Both the position numbers and the translations under genes were made by a program. A DNA stretch of 64,000 bases from contig CAWDXG010000004.1 of assembly GCA_963806225.1 (NCBI GenBank), positions 1,824,001-1,888,000 on the forward strand, read 5' to 3'. The notes beneath the pieces are model-generated. The model searched no databases and was not told the origin of the DNA. It saw nothing but the letters and a program-made list of their open reading frames with translations. The DNA is from an uncultured delta proteobacterium (GTDB lineage Bacteria; Myxococcota_A; Polyangia; Polyangiales; Polyangiaceae). Below are positions 30,130-43,032 of this stretch, piece after piece; position 1 is the first letter of the stretch; every line of letters begins with the position of its first letter.

Positions 30130-30174
30130 GTTCTCCTGAAACCCAGCCCCTGACCACAGTCAACTCGCGAAGCG

Positions 30175-32480
30175 ATGCGACGAAAACCCAACGAAGACCG
30201 CGCATTTTCTGCGCTCGGCTGGCTGGCGACGCCGGTGCGATCGCTCAGAGGCCGGTTCTTCGCGCTTCTGGTGGCCCTGGCTGTGCTCGCGCTCGGGCCG
30301 TGGCTGGTCTCGCGGCAGGCCCATCACAATGTGACGGGCTTCGCGCGCGAAGTCGATCTGGCCGGTTCGCTCCGCTATCGACTGCTCGAGATCGAAGAGC
30401 ATCTGGCGCGACCGGGGCCGGTCCCGCCCGAGCGCGCGAACGAGGTGCGGCACCTGCTCCGGGACCAGCGCGCGGTCCTCGCCGAGCTCGTCGACGGGGA
30501 TATGGCGCAGGGAGTGCCCCCCTGTCCCGACGCGCGCGCCTGCCGGCAGCTGCGCAGGCACCTGGATCGCTGGGACCACGTGCTCGCACCGCGCTTCACG
30601 GCCGCGTTGCAGAACGGGTTGTCGTCCGACACCGCGGCGGCCGTGCACGACGAGCTGGGAGAGCTCGACCACACCGTGCAGGACATTGCGGACACCCTGC
30701 AGACGCGGGCGGCCGGCATCACGACGGTCGGCACGGCCGCGGGCGCCGCGTCGCTGCTGTTGGTCATTGTCATCGGCTTCAGCGTGTGGGAGGTGTTCGG
30801 GCGCATCCGGCGGCTGCGCACGGCTACGCAACAGAGCTCCGAACAGGCGCTGCTGCGCGAGGCGTCGGGCGACAACGAGCTGGCGACCCTGGCGCAGGCC
30901 CTTTCGGACGGGCTGCGCGCAGCGCGGGCGGGCCGCGAAGCGGATCGGCGCCACGTGGAGGAGCTGCGACAGCAGCAGGAGGCGGCACGCAGCTTCGTCC
31001 AGGCGCTGAACGGCTGGATCGCCGGGGTGGACGAGATGGACCCGGCACTAGAGCAGATGGCGCGTGTAGCGGGCTACGAGAGCGCGCGACTCGAGTCGGT
31101 GCCCGGCGACGCGCACGACTACGCCGCCGAGTTCGTGAACGACGCTGACCGCGTCATCCCGCTCGCCTGGCGTGACGAGCCGCTGTGCGCGCTGATCCTC
31201 CAGGGAGAGGCCACCGCTTCGGAATCCAGCCGCCGCCCGCTTCTAGTCGACACGCTGGCGCAGGTGCTTACGCTGGCCTGCCTGTCGCGCAGGGTGCTGG
31301 GCGAACGCGAGCGGCGCGCGGAAATCGCGAGCTCGCTGGCGGGCGTGGCTTCCCTTGGAGCGGGCCCTTCGGTGCTCGGTGGATCGCTCTTCCAGCTCAT
31401 CCGCTACGATCGCGCCCAGCTGACCGCGTCGATGACGCGGGCCGGCCCGTGGACTCGTGGCAGGTCGACCAACGCGAGCTCCGCCTGCTGCCGCTGCCCG
31501 GATCCGTCGAGGTGCCGGGTGAACCCACGGCGCTCGACAGCCCCGTTGCGAGCCCGCGTTCGCCCGCGCTCCTCTTGTTGCCGCTCAAGGTCGGCGGCCA
31601 CACGGTCGGCATGCTGACCCTGGAGCGCGCCGCCGGGGGCTTCACCACGCAGGACTGCGAGACCGCCGCCGGGCTCGCGCCGGTGCTGGCGTCGGCGCTG
31701 CTGCGCATGCAGCTGACGGAACGCCTGCGCGCCTCGGAGCAGTGGACCACCATCGGCGCGTTCGGCCGCATGCTCGCGGACGAGCTCCGCAATCCGCTGA
31801 ACGGGCTGTCGCTGCAGGTGCAGCTGTTCGAGCGCAGGCTGGACCGCCTGCCCGCTTCGGTGGCGGACCGCGACCGGCTCCGGACGCGGATCGGCGCCAT
31901 CCATGACGAGCTGTCGCGGATGGAGACGCTGCTCAGCGAATACCTGAGCATGCACCCGACCGCGGGCGAGCTGAAGCTCGAACACGTCGACCTCGGACAA
32001 CTCCTCTCGACGGTGCTCGACGCCCAGGGTGATGTGCTGCTCGGCCAGGACGTCGAGCTCGAGACCGACATCACCGACTCGCCCGCGATGGTGCTCGGCA
32101 ATCCCGCACGACTGCGCAACGTCCTCGACAACCTGCTCAGGAATGCCGTGGAGTCGATGCACGGGTTGCCGACCCGCCGTCTGGCGATCTCGCTCAAGAG
32201 CGCCGGCAACGAGTGGGAGCTGGTGGTTCGTGACACGGGCAGCGGTATCGACGATCCGGTCGCCATCTTCTCGCCGGGCTACACGACCAAGCCGAGCGGG
32301 ACCGGCATGGGTCTGCCTCTCACGCTGCACACGGTGCTGCAGCATCACGGTCGCCTGGTCGCGCGACTCGCGGAAACAGGCGGCGGCAGCGAGTTCGTCC
32401 TGACGCTGCCGAGCAGTGATGGCCCGGACCTGGAAACGGCCATCCGGCCCTCCGCCGTCACGGAGGAGAAGCGGGCTTGA
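30175..32480 (+). CDS. Membrane sensor histidine-kinase-like protein (NarX/PilJ-type sensor, HAMP, GAF-like region, HATPase); H-box His replaced by Asp; frameshift near 31430
   Basis: Two TMs; P-box-like AREVDLAGSLRY; H-box reads LADELRNPL; N-box NLLRNAVES, DTGSGI, TTKPSGTGMGL. Confidence 0.85.
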
Positions 32481-32501
32481 GCTGTGGCAGGTGGGCTGCA
32501 G

Positions 32502-33803
32502 ATGACGGATTCGACCAGCCAGGATTCCGCAACGAACGCAGACGTACTGCTGGCCGCGCTGTCCAAGCTGGCTGGTCCAGCCATCGTCCTCGACCGGGAG
32601 CTTCGCGTGCTGGCCCACACGCCCGGCACCGAACGGCTCGTCGGCACGCCCGTGCCCGCTGGCGTCACGGCTCCGAAGCTCTTGTGCGGCATGGGTCCGG
32701 AGCGTCCGTTGGCTGAAGCGCTCGCCGCGGGGCGCCCTGTGACGGCGCATGTCGAGCGCGTGAGCCAGGGCGGCGGGACCACGCTGCTCCGCGTACGAGC
32801 CACGCCGGTCGAACATCACGGCGAGCGCGCCGGCTGGTTGCTCCTCCTCGAGGGGGACCACGCCGACCACGATACGGTGCTCGACGTGGGCGGAATCGTC
32901 ACGCGCGACGCGGCGATGAAGCACCTGCTCGAGAGGGCGGAGCGAGCGGCAGAGAGCGACGCTCCCGTGCTGATCGGAGGCGAGCACGGAACCGGCAAGA
33001 CGCGGCTGGCACGATTCATCCACGAGCATTCGAAGCGGAAGGACAGGCCCTTCCACGCGGTCAACTGTGCCGTGCGACCGGTGGCCTGGCTCGAGGGCGA
33101 GTTGTTCGGCCGGGGTGGCGCCCCCGGCCAGCTCGGCCCGGCGCACGGCGGAACGCTCTTCCTCGACGAGGTGAACGCGCTCCCCGTCGAGCTGCAGGGC
33201 CGGCTCATCCATGTTCTGGAAGTGGGCGAGAGCAAGCTCGACGCGCGCCTCGTCAGCGCATCGCCGCGTCCACTCCGACGGGAGGTCGAGCGCGAACGCT
33301 TCAACGCCGAGCTGATGTATCGCCTGCGCGTGATTCCGCTGTTCATTCCGCCGCTCCGCGATCGGTCCGGCGACATCGAGCTCCTCGCCCGGGACTTCGT
33401 TGCGCAACACAACCAGACTTCGGTGCGGCAGGTCGCGCGCATCTCTCCAGGCGCCGTCACTGCACTCGCATCCTACGTCTGGCCGGGCAATGTCCGCGAG
33501 CTCGACAACGCGATCCGCTACGCATTCGTGATGGGGGACGGCCCGGTCCTGACGGAAGGCGATCTGCCACCGGAGGTCCGCGGAGAAGAGCAGGGGCGCC
33601 CCCTGCCTGCGAACATTCCGCCCGACACCGGCCAGCTACCGAGCGAGGCGCGGCGCATCCTCAGGGCACTCGAACGTGCCGGCGGCAACCGCGAGCGCGC
33701 GGCGGCGAGCCTCGGCATGAGCCGCGTCACGCTCTGGCGCAAGCTCAAGGCGTTCGAGCTGGAAGACACTGTGCGCGCCGGGCGACGGACCCACCGCCAC
33801 TGA
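32502..33803 (+). CDS. PAS - sigma54-interaction AAA+ - Fis HTH regulator lacking GAFTGA
   Basis: GEHGTGKT, AHGGTLFLDE, YRL, WPGNVREL, AAASLGMSRVTLWRK; GELFG is followed directly by RGGAPG. Confidence 0.88.
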   Translation: MTDSTSQDSATNADVLLAALSKLAGPAIVLDRELRVLAHTPGTERLVGTPVPAGVTAPKLLCGMGPERPLAEALAAGRPVTAHVERVSQGGGTTLLRVRATPVEHHGERAGWLLLLEGDHADHDTVLDVGGIVTRDAAMKHLLERAERAAESDAPVLIGGEHGTGKTRLARFIHEHSKRKDRPFHAVNCAVRPVAWLEGELFGRGGAPGQLGPAHGGTLFLDEVNALPVELQGRLIHVLEVGESKLDARLVSASPRPLRREVERERFNAELMYRLRVIPLFIPPLRDRSGDIELLARDFVAQHNQTSVRQVARISPGAVTALASYVWPGNVRELDNAIRYAFVMGDGPVLTEGDLPPEVRGEEQGRPLPANIPPDTGQLPSEARRILRALERAGGNRERAAASLGMSRVTLWRKLKAFELEDTVRAGRRTHRH

Positions 33804-33850
33804 AGCCCGCCGGGTGACACCCGCCTCCGAAGGTGTACGCTCCGGATGCA

Positions 33851-35494
33851 ATGCCGGTGGTCGAAAAGCTCGCCGACTGGGTGGTGTCGCTAGCCTACGA
33901 CGATATCCCGCCACGCGTGCTGGAGCGAGCGCGCCACCAGATCGTCAACGTGATGGCCTCGCTCTACGCCGGCACCACGAGCCGCGATGCGCTGAAGGTG
34001 GTGGATGCGGTGCGCGGCTGGAGCGGCCCGGGGCCCTGCACGCTGATCCCGTTGGGCGACCGGTTGCGCCTCTTCGATGCGGTGTACGCGGCTTCGGCGC
34101 TGGGCATGGCGCTCGACTACGACGACTACCTGTACATGGGGCATACCGGACACTCGTCGGTGCTCGCTAGCTGGGCCGTCGGCGAAGCGGAGCGGCGCTC
34201 GACGCGCGAAGTGCTCGTCGCGCAGGTCATCGCCAACGAGATCGGCGGACGGGTCGGCGCCAGCGTGGTGCTCGGTCCGCAGAACGGCCAGGCCTGGAGC
34301 TTCATCCACGCAGCCGGCGCCGCGGCAGCCAGTGCAAAGCTGTATCGACTCGATAGGGCCCAGACCGCGCACGCGCTGTCGATCGCCCTCTACCAACCCA
34401 CGTTCACGCTCTGGCCAGGCTTCATGGGGCCGGGCAGCAAGGTGCTGACGGCGGCCGGTCCCACCGTCACCGGCATCCAGGCCGCAGAGCTTGCCCGCGC
34501 GGGTCTGACCGGCGCGCGTCGCATCTTCGAGCACCCGAAGAAGGGCTTCTGGGCGTCCTTCAGCTACGTGCCCCTTCCGGGCATGATGACCGGGCTCGGC
34601 CACTCCTGGGTGACGGACACGCTCGCCTACAAGAAGTACCCGGGCTGCGCCTACATCGACACGACGATGGACGCGCTGTTCATGGTGTTGCGCGAGTTCG
34701 AGCATTCGCACGGCCGCACGCTCCGCCCTGAAGAAGTGCGCAGCATCGAGGTCGAGGCTAGCCTGCTCAGTGTCGAGATGGACAACCTGTCGGCGGAGCA
34801 CGTCGGCGAGCACGAGCCGCTCTCGCCGGTCAACATCAACTTCTCGATCCCGTTCAACGTGGCCCTCGGCGTGCTCGCCGGGCGCCACACGCCGGCCGAG
34901 CTCACACAGGAGTATCTGGACGAGCACGCCCCGCGCATCCGCGAGCTTTCGTCGAAAGTCCGCCTGGTCCACGACTGGTCGATGAGCCTTGCGGTCGCCG
35001 AGGCGTTTGCCGGCTCTCTGGGAAGGAGCTCGCCGCTGCGGTCGCTCTCGCCGCGCGACCTATGGCGGGTTGCCTTCGGCTACCAGAGCCAGATGGGCGG
35101 CCACCGCAAGCACGCCCTCGGCGCGTCGCGGCTCCTGTCACACATGCCCGCCATCGCGAGACGCACGCGGGCTCTGCTCAAGAGCGGTGGCGATGACGGG
35201 CAGGGTCTCGGCGGAGCGGACCTGTCCCGCTTCCGGATGGCATTCCCGGCCCGCGTCACCCTCGAGACAACGTCACACGAGCGCACCAGCGCGCGCCAGG
35301 ACGTACCCTTCGGCGCGCCCGGGCAGTCGCACTACCTGGAGACGGTGCGCGACAAGTTCCGGCAGGAAGCCGCTCGCCGTCTTGGGCCGGAGGACGTGGA
35401 GCAGGCCCTGACTGCGCTCGCAGAGCTCGAAAACACCGATCTTGATCGTGTTTCGCGGCTGCTGTCGGGTCGACCCGCCGACGCGGCGGGCTGA
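33851..35494 (+). CDS. MmgE/PrpD family protein
   Basis: ALDYDDY..GHTGHS, KKYPGCAY, FSIPFNVA motifs. Confidence 0.85.
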   Translation: MPVVEKLADWVVSLAYDDIPPRVLERARHQIVNVMASLYAGTTSRDALKVVDAVRGWSGPGPCTLIPLGDRLRLFDAVYAASALGMALDYDDYLYMGHTGHSSVLASWAVGEAERRSTREVLVAQVIANEIGGRVGASVVLGPQNGQAWSFIHAAGAAAASAKLYRLDRAQTAHALSIALYQPTFTLWPGFMGPGSKVLTAAGPTVTGIQAAELARAGLTGARRIFEHPKKGFWASFSYVPLPGMMTGLGHSWVTDTLAYKKYPGCAYIDTTMDALFMVLREFEHSHGRTLRPEEVRSIEVEASLLSVEMDNLSAEHVGEHEPLSPVNINFSIPFNVALGVLAGRHTPAELTQEYLDEHAPRIRELSSKVRLVHDWSMSLAVAEAFAGSLGRSSPLRSLSPRDLWRVAFGYQSQMGGHRKHALGASRLLSHMPAIARRTRALLKSGGDDGQGLGGADLSRFRMAFPARVTLETTSHERTSARQDVPFGAPGQSHYLETVRDKFRQEAARRLGPEDVEQALTALAELENTDLDRVSRLLSGRPADAAG

Positions 35495-35564
35495 ACCGCT
35501 CGGCGTTCGTCATGTCGTGCGTGGACGGCGTGCCCAGAAGTGGCCATGTTCCCGGGCGGGAGGC

Positions 35565-38267
35565 ATGAAGGAGCTCGAGCGCAGCCTGGGGCTGATGTCG
35601 GTCGTGGCCATCAGCATCAGCGCCATGCTGGGCAGCGGCATCTTCGTGCTGCCGGGGCTCGCCATAAGCCAGACGGGGCCGTCGACGTGGATCGCATACC
35701 TGCTCGCCGGCCTGTGCGCGCTGCCGGCCGCCACCTGCAAGGCGGAGCTGGCCACGGTGATGCCGACCTCCGGCGGCACGTACGTGTATCTGGATCGCAT
35801 CTTCGGGCCACTGGCGGGCACCATCGCCGGCACCACGGTCTGGCTCTCCATGTTGATGAAGAGCGCGTTCGCGCTGCTCGGCTTCGGCACCTATCTCCTG
35901 GTGCTGAGCGACGTGCCGCTCAAGCCGACCGCGCTCGGGCTGCTCGGCCTTATCGCGGTCTTGAACGTGGTCGGCGTGCGCAAGGTGGGCCGGGCACAGG
36001 TCGTCGTAGTGGGGGTGACGCTCGTCGCGCTGGTCGTGCTCGTGACGGCGGGTTTCACGCAGATGGACTTCGGTAGCTACCGCCACGAGCTCACCCACGG
36101 CAGCGGTGGCCTGCTCGCGGCCACCGCTTTCGTCTTCGTCTCCTACAACGGCGTGACCAAGGTCGCTGCCATCGCGGAGGAGGTGAAGAACCCGGATCGC
36201 AACCTGCCGTGGGGGATCCTGCTCTCGCTGGGGCTGATGATGGGCCTGTACGGCCTGGTCGCGTTCGCACTGGTAGGCTGCGTGCCGCACGCGGAGCTCG
36301 CCGGCGACCTGCACCCCATCTACACCCTCGCGCACCGCGTCGGCGGCTACTGGGCGGGGATCATCGCGGCGGTGCTGGGCGTCGTGACGATGACGTCCAT
36401 GGCCAACGCGGGGCTGCTCGCCGCTTCGCGCTTTCCGTTCGCGATGAGCCGCGATCAGCTGCTGCCGTCGATGCTGCACGGGGTCCACCCCGAGTTCCGC
36501 ACGCCGGTTGCGTCGATCCTGTTGACTGCGGGGGCCATGGCCGTCGCGATCGCGTTCCTCGACGTGGAGCGCCTCGCCAAGCTCGCCAGCTCCCTCGTCA
36601 TCATGCTCTTCATCGGCGTCAACACCGCAGTGGTCGTCTACCGCGAGAGCCGCGTGCATTGGTACCAGCCGAAGTACCGCTCGCCGTTCTATCCCTGGTT
36701 CCAGGGTTTCGGCATCCTGGCAGGACTAGTCCTCTTGCTGATGCTTGGACCGCTGGCGATCGTGGGCGGCGCGATGGCCGCGCTGCCGGGCGCCGCGCTT
36801 TATTTCGTGTACGGAAGGCGCCGCGCCGCGCGCCGGGGCGTCGTGGGGCAGCGCAGCCGCCGCCGCGACCTCCTGAAGAACCCGCCCATGCCCGAGCCCG
36901 TGATCGCCGACACCAGCCTGGTTGGCGAAGCAGGTTCGATCGTGACCTTGTTCGGCGAGGAGCGATCACCGGAGATGCTGGTGGAAGTGGGCGCCGCGCT
37001 ATCCGGCGGAGGCAAACTGCAGGTCGTGCACCTGACCGAAGTACCCGAGCAGCTCGGTCTCGACTCGGCCCGCGAGGACGACGGCTCGCTGCGCTCGCTC
37101 GAGCGTCGCGTCGGCGCGATGGCCGACGAGAAGTCGCTCTCGCTGGAGTTCCATGCGATCGCTTCGCGCGATCTGGTCCGCACGGTGCACGCCGTCACCC
37201 AGCGGGTCGAGGCCGAGTGGCTGGTCATGGAGTGGCGCGGCCAGCCGCGTCAAGCGCTGGTCCCGTACAATCCACTCGGCTGGCTCATCAACCAGCTCGA
37301 TCTGAACCTGGCGCTCTTCAAGGACGCGGGCGTGCGCTACGTGCGCGAGATCCTCGTCTTCGCCGAGCCCGGTCCCCATGACGCGCTGGTGATCTCGACG
37401 GCCGACTATCTCGCGGCACTCTGGGGCGCCGAGCTCACGCTGGTCCGCTTCGTCCCCGACAGCGCACCGATGACCACGCTCCAGGCCGAAACGGACTACC
37501 TCGCCCAACTCAAGCAGCTCTGCTCGGCGCCCGCGAAGGAGCTGGTGATCCGCGGGCGGAAGCTCGGCCGCGAGATGGCGCGCACCAGCGCCGGCTACGA
37601 CCTGCTGGTGATGGGCGCTCCGGATCTGACGCTGGTCAAGATGCTGCGCGGCAACCCGCACGCCCGCATCATGAGCACGGCCGCCTGCTCGGTGCTCACG
37701 CTCAAGACGCCGCGCGTGCGCACGCACGAGGCGTTCGAGCGCCCGCCGGAGAGCGTGCACAGCGCCGCCGAGCGCCTGCCGGCCTTTGTCGCGCGCGACG
37801 CCGTCCAGGCCAAGCTCGACGTGTCGAAGAAGGACGCTCTCTTCCAGCATTTCGCGCGCGTCTTCTCCGCGGCGCTCGGCAACGTCACGACCCGGGAGAT
37901 CGTCGATGCACTGTGGGAGCGCGAACGCACGCAGAACACCTCGGTCGGCCACGGCACCGCCCTTCCCCACGCCACACTGGCACAAGCGCGGAGCGCGTAC
38001 GTCGGCGTCTTCACGACGCGGCGCCCCATCGACTACCAGGGCCCCGACGGCGAGCCCGTGGACGTCTTCTTCGTCACGCTCTGCCCTCCCAGCGAGCGAC
38101 AGACGCACCTGCAGCTGCTCAGCGGCATCGCGGCACTTTCGCTCCGGACGGACCTGCTGGAAAAGCTCAGACGAGCCCGGGACACCGACGAGATGCTGAC
38201 CGCAATCGAGCAGTCCGACGAAGAGCTCCGCCAGGGCCGCGCCAGGGTCGAGTTCCGCCGCCGCTAG
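35565..38267 (+). CDS. APC amino-acid permease fused to USP-like domains and a PTS EIIA domain
   Basis: GSGIFVLPG, AEEVKNP.RNLP, about 12 TMs; USP-like segments (YDLLVMGA); C-terminal ERE..NTSVGHGTALPHA EIIA motif. Confidence 0.85.
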   Translation: MKELERSLGLMSVVAISISAMLGSGIFVLPGLAISQTGPSTWIAYLLAGLCALPAATCKAELATVMPTSGGTYVYLDRIFGPLAGTIAGTTVWLSMLMKSAFALLGFGTYLLVLSDVPLKPTALGLLGLIAVLNVVGVRKVGRAQVVVVGVTLVALVVLVTAGFTQMDFGSYRHELTHGSGGLLAATAFVFVSYNGVTKVAAIAEEVKNPDRNLPWGILLSLGLMMGLYGLVAFALVGCVPHAELAGDLHPIYTLAHRVGGYWAGIIAAVLGVVTMTSMANAGLLAASRFPFAMSRDQLLPSMLHGVHPEFRTPVASILLTAGAMAVAIAFLDVERLAKLASSLVIMLFIGVNTAVVVYRESRVHWYQPKYRSPFYPWFQGFGILAGLVLLLMLGPLAIVGGAMAALPGAALYFVYGRRRAARRGVVGQRSRRRDLLKNPPMPEPVIADTSLVGEAGSIVTLFGEERSPEMLVEVGAALSGGGKLQVVHLTEVPEQLGLDSAREDDGSLRSLERRVGAMADEKSLSLEFHAIASRDLVRTVHAVTQRVEAEWLVMEWRGQPRQALVPYNPLGWLINQLDLNLALFKDAGVRYVREILVFAEPGPHDALVISTADYLAALWGAELTLVRFVPDSAPMTTLQAETDYLAQLKQLCSAPAKELVIRGRKLGREMARTSAGYDLLVMGAPDLTLVKMLRGNPHARIMSTAACSVLTLKTPRVRTHEAFERPPESVHSAAERLPAFVARDAVQAKLDVSKKDALFQHFARVFSAALGNVTTREIVDALWERERTQNTSVGHGTALPHATLAQARSAYVGVFTTRRPIDYQGPDGEPVDVFFVTLCPPSERQTHLQLLSGIAALSLRTDLLEKLRRARDTDEMLTAIEQSDEELRQGRARVEFRRR

Positions 38268-38710
38268 GCGCCGGGGCTCCGGGGCTCCGGGGGCGCTTCA
38301 CGCCGCGCGTCCTCGTCGAGATCACCGTGCACGAGCGCCTTGAGCACGTCCATCGTCGTGACGATGCCCACGAGCTTGCCTTCGGATCCGACCACGAGCA
38401 TGCGGTGGCTGCCGGTCTCGACCATGCGGCGCGCCGTTTCCCTCACGCTGTCGCTGCTGCGCACGGCGAAGACAGCCGGCGTCATCACGTCCTCGACCTT
38501 TGTCGGCGCGCCGCTCTTCTCGCCGGGCTTCATGCGGGCCGGATCGATCAAGTCGGACTTGGAGACCAGACCGAGCACGTGCCCCGCCGCATCCCTGACC
38601 GGCGCGCCTCCGATGCCCTTGACCGTCAGGCCCCAGGCCGCATCGGCAACGTCCGCGTCCGGCGCCAGGGTCATCACGTTGCGCGTCATGATTTCCTCGA
38701 CTCTGCACAT
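38264..38710 (-). CDS. CBS-pair domain protein
   Basis: VEEIMT...IGGAPV...GLVSKSD / VEDVMT...[17 protein letters not shown]. Confidence 0.9.
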   Translation of the reverse strand: MCRVEEIMTRNVMTLAPDADVADAAWGLTVKGIGGAPVRDAAGHVLGLVSKSDLIDPARMKPGEKSGAPTKVEDVMTPAVFAVRSSDSVRETARRMVETGSHRMLVVGSEGKLVGIVTTMDVLKALVHGDLDEDARREAPPEPRSPGA

Positions 38711-38745
38711 CGTCCGACCCTTTCAGTTCGATGAAACGCAAGGCA

Positions 38746-38760
38746 GCAAGGAGCATGCCG
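38746..38760 (-). promoter_or_regulatory. sigma54 -24/-12 motif upstream of the CBS gene
   Basis: Minus strand CGGCATGCTCCTTGC (GG-N10-GC). Confidence 0.55.
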
Positions 38761-38883
38761 CCGCCGTTCGCGGTTCCAGCGCCGCAAACGCGCAGACTCT
38801 GCGCGCTCGCGCAGGACCTGCCTCCGGACTTGCGCCGGACGCCTTGCGAGGGACCTTCGCCTCGGGCACCCTGGCCCCGCCGT

Positions 38884-40656
38884 ATGCCCGTCGGAGAACC
38901 GGATCCCGAAGCCCGCGAAGACACGGTGGATGATCCCGAAAGCGACGTGCGGGCCGTTGCCGAGCAACTCGCAGAAGAGCTGACCGAAGCGGCAACAGAT
39001 CCGGCTCGCGCCGCTCGCCATCGCGCGCGGCTCCAGGGGCTCAGAAACGTCTTCCGACGCAACCCGGAGCTGTTCGATCCCGAGCTGGTGGGCATGCTCC
39101 AGAATATCGCCCGCTCGCTCGCCCCCTCACCCGTTATCCGGCCCGACGCACCCAGCCCTCACGAGGTACTGGTCTCGACGTTCGGCTACCGCGACTTCCG
39201 CCCCCGCCAGCTCGAGATCATCGAGTCGGTGCTGGCCGGGCGCGACTCCGTCGGCATCATGCCCACCGGGGCGGGGAAATCGCTCACCTACCAGATCCCC
39301 GCCCGCATCCTGGGTGGCGTCACGCTCGTCATCTCGCCGCTCATCGCGCTGATGAAGGACCAGGTCGACGCGATGAGCGAGGTCGGCATCCGCGCAACCT
39401 TCCTCAACTCGAGCCTCGGTCCCGAGGAGCGTGCAGAACGCATCGAGCGCCTGCGCGCCGGGGAGTTCGAGCTCGTCTACGCCGCGCCCGAGGGCATCGA
39501 GGCGTCCGTCGGCAATACGCTCTCCCAGCTCGACATCCGGCTCATCGCCGTGGACGAGGCCCACTGTATCAGCCAGTGGGGACACGACTTCCGCCCGGCC
39601 TATCGCAGGCTGGCCGGGCTCAAGCGGCGCTTTCCCGACACGCCCGTGCTCGCCCTGACCGCCACCGCCACGCGCGAGGTCACCTCCGACATCGTCAAGC
39701 AGCTCGGCATGCAGCGGCCGGCGTTGTTCCTCGGCTCGTTCTTCCGGCCGAACCTGCACCTGTACGCGATGCGCAAGGGTGGCGAGGGCAGCGACGGACG
39801 GCGCCGGCCCGCGGTGCGACGCGCAATCCTCGAGCTTACGCAGGCACGCGCCGGCGAGAGCGGCATCATCTACTGTCTGTCGCGCAAGACCGCCGAGTCC
39901 ACCGCCGCCTATCTGCAGGAAAACGGCATCGCCGCGCTCGCCTACCACGCGGGGATGGAGTCCGCCGACCGCACGAGAGTGCAGGACGCCTTCCAGCGCG
40001 ATGACGCCCAGGTCGTCGTCGCGACGATCGCGTTCGGCATGGGCATCGACAAGTCCAACGTGCGCTTCGTGATCCACCGCGACATGCCGCGCTCGATCGA
40101 GGGCTACTACCAGGAAGTCGGGCGCGCCGGACGCGACGGCGTCGACAGCGACTGCGTGCTCTTCTACTCGTGGCAGGAAGTGATGACGTACGACCGCTTC
40201 GCGGACGAAGCGCCGGACGACGCCGCGGCCCGCATGCGGAACCAGGCGCGGGAAATGTTCCGCTTCGCCGAGGCGCGCGGCTGCCGCCACCAGCGCCTGG
40301 TGGCGCACTTCGGCGAGCACATCGAAGCGTGTGGCGCGTCCTGCGACGAATGTCGCGGGCTCGATCTGCTGCAGGAAGCACGAGCAGCGCGCCCGTCGCG
40401 GAAGAAGAGCCGTGGCGCGCGCGAGCTACCGCCCGAAGCCGACGGTCGGCTGTATGAACAGCTGCGCGCACTGCGCCGCCGCCTGGCGGACGAGCGCGGC
40501 GTGCCGGCCTACGTGGTGTTCAGCGACGCGACGTTGCTGGCGATGACGGCCGAGCGCCCCACCAGCGAAGCCGAGCTGCTGTCGATACCCGGCGTGGGCC
40601 CGCGCAAGCTCGAGCGCTACGGCGCCGCGTTCCTCGAGGTGCTAGCGGGCGACTGA
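38884..40656 (+). CDS. recQ: RecQ family ATP-dependent DNA helicase with HRDC domain
   Basis: [45 protein letters not shown], Zn-binding [23 protein letters not shown]. Confidence 0.93.
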   Translation: MPVGEPDPEAREDTVDDPESDVRAVAEQLAEELTEAATDPARAARHRARLQGLRNVFRRNPELFDPELVGMLQNIARSLAPSPVIRPDAPSPHEVLVSTFGYRDFRPRQLEIIESVLAGRDSVGIMPTGAGKSLTYQIPARILGGVTLVISPLIALMKDQVDAMSEVGIRATFLNSSLGPEERAERIERLRAGEFELVYAAPEGIEASVGNTLSQLDIRLIAVDEAHCISQWGHDFRPAYRRLAGLKRRFPDTPVLALTATATREVTSDIVKQLGMQRPALFLGSFFRPNLHLYAMRKGGEGSDGRRRPAVRRAILELTQARAGESGIIYCLSRKTAESTAAYLQENGIAALAYHAGMESADRTRVQDAFQRDDAQVVVATIAFGMGIDKSNVRFVIHRDMPRSIEGYYQEVGRAGRDGVDSDCVLFYSWQEVMTYDRFADEAPDDAAARMRNQAREMFRFAEARGCRHQRLVAHFGEHIEACGASCDECRGLDLLQEARAARPSRKKSRGARELPPEADGRLYEQLRALRRRLADERGVPAYVVFSDATLLAMTAERPTSEAELLSIPGVGPRKLERYGAAFLEVLAGD

Positions 40657-41002
40657 ATCGCCGGGCGCGCCGTCACCGAACGGGTGCTCGACCTGATTCT
40701 CCAGGACTCGCGCTGGGACATGAAGTTTCTCGGCATGCAGATCATGGTCGAGGGGCTGTCGCTGGCGGCCTTCCGCGTCACGCGGCCTGCCGGGCGACGA
40801 ATGCGTGCGGATCGCCTTCAACAACGAAGGGCAGAGGCAGTTCCGGCAACTGCTCTTCTCGCGCATCGTGCCCGCCGTGAAACGCATCGGGCTGCTCTCG
40901 GAGCGCCAGCGCGCACGCTTCGACGAGCTGGGCGTCCTGCAAGTCGAAAGCTGGGAGCCACCGAGCGACGAGGAGCTGGAAGCGGCCACGAAAAGCGCCT
41001 GA
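40657..41002 (+). pseudogene. Remnant of a ferritin-like diiron oxygenase gene
   Basis: LDLILQDSRWDMKFLGMQIMVEGLSLAAF joined out of frame to FRQLLFSRIVPAVKRIGLL; N-terminus and middle are missing. Confidence 0.6.
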
Positions 41003-41052
41003 TGACCGGCCGCGCGCCCCGGCCGGCCGCGTGCTAGCCTAGCGCGGCCGGG

Positions 41053-42996
<1,944 letters not shown>

Positions 42997-43032
42997 ACGG
43001 GACGCGCGCGCGTCGTCCCTGCATGGGTCGGG

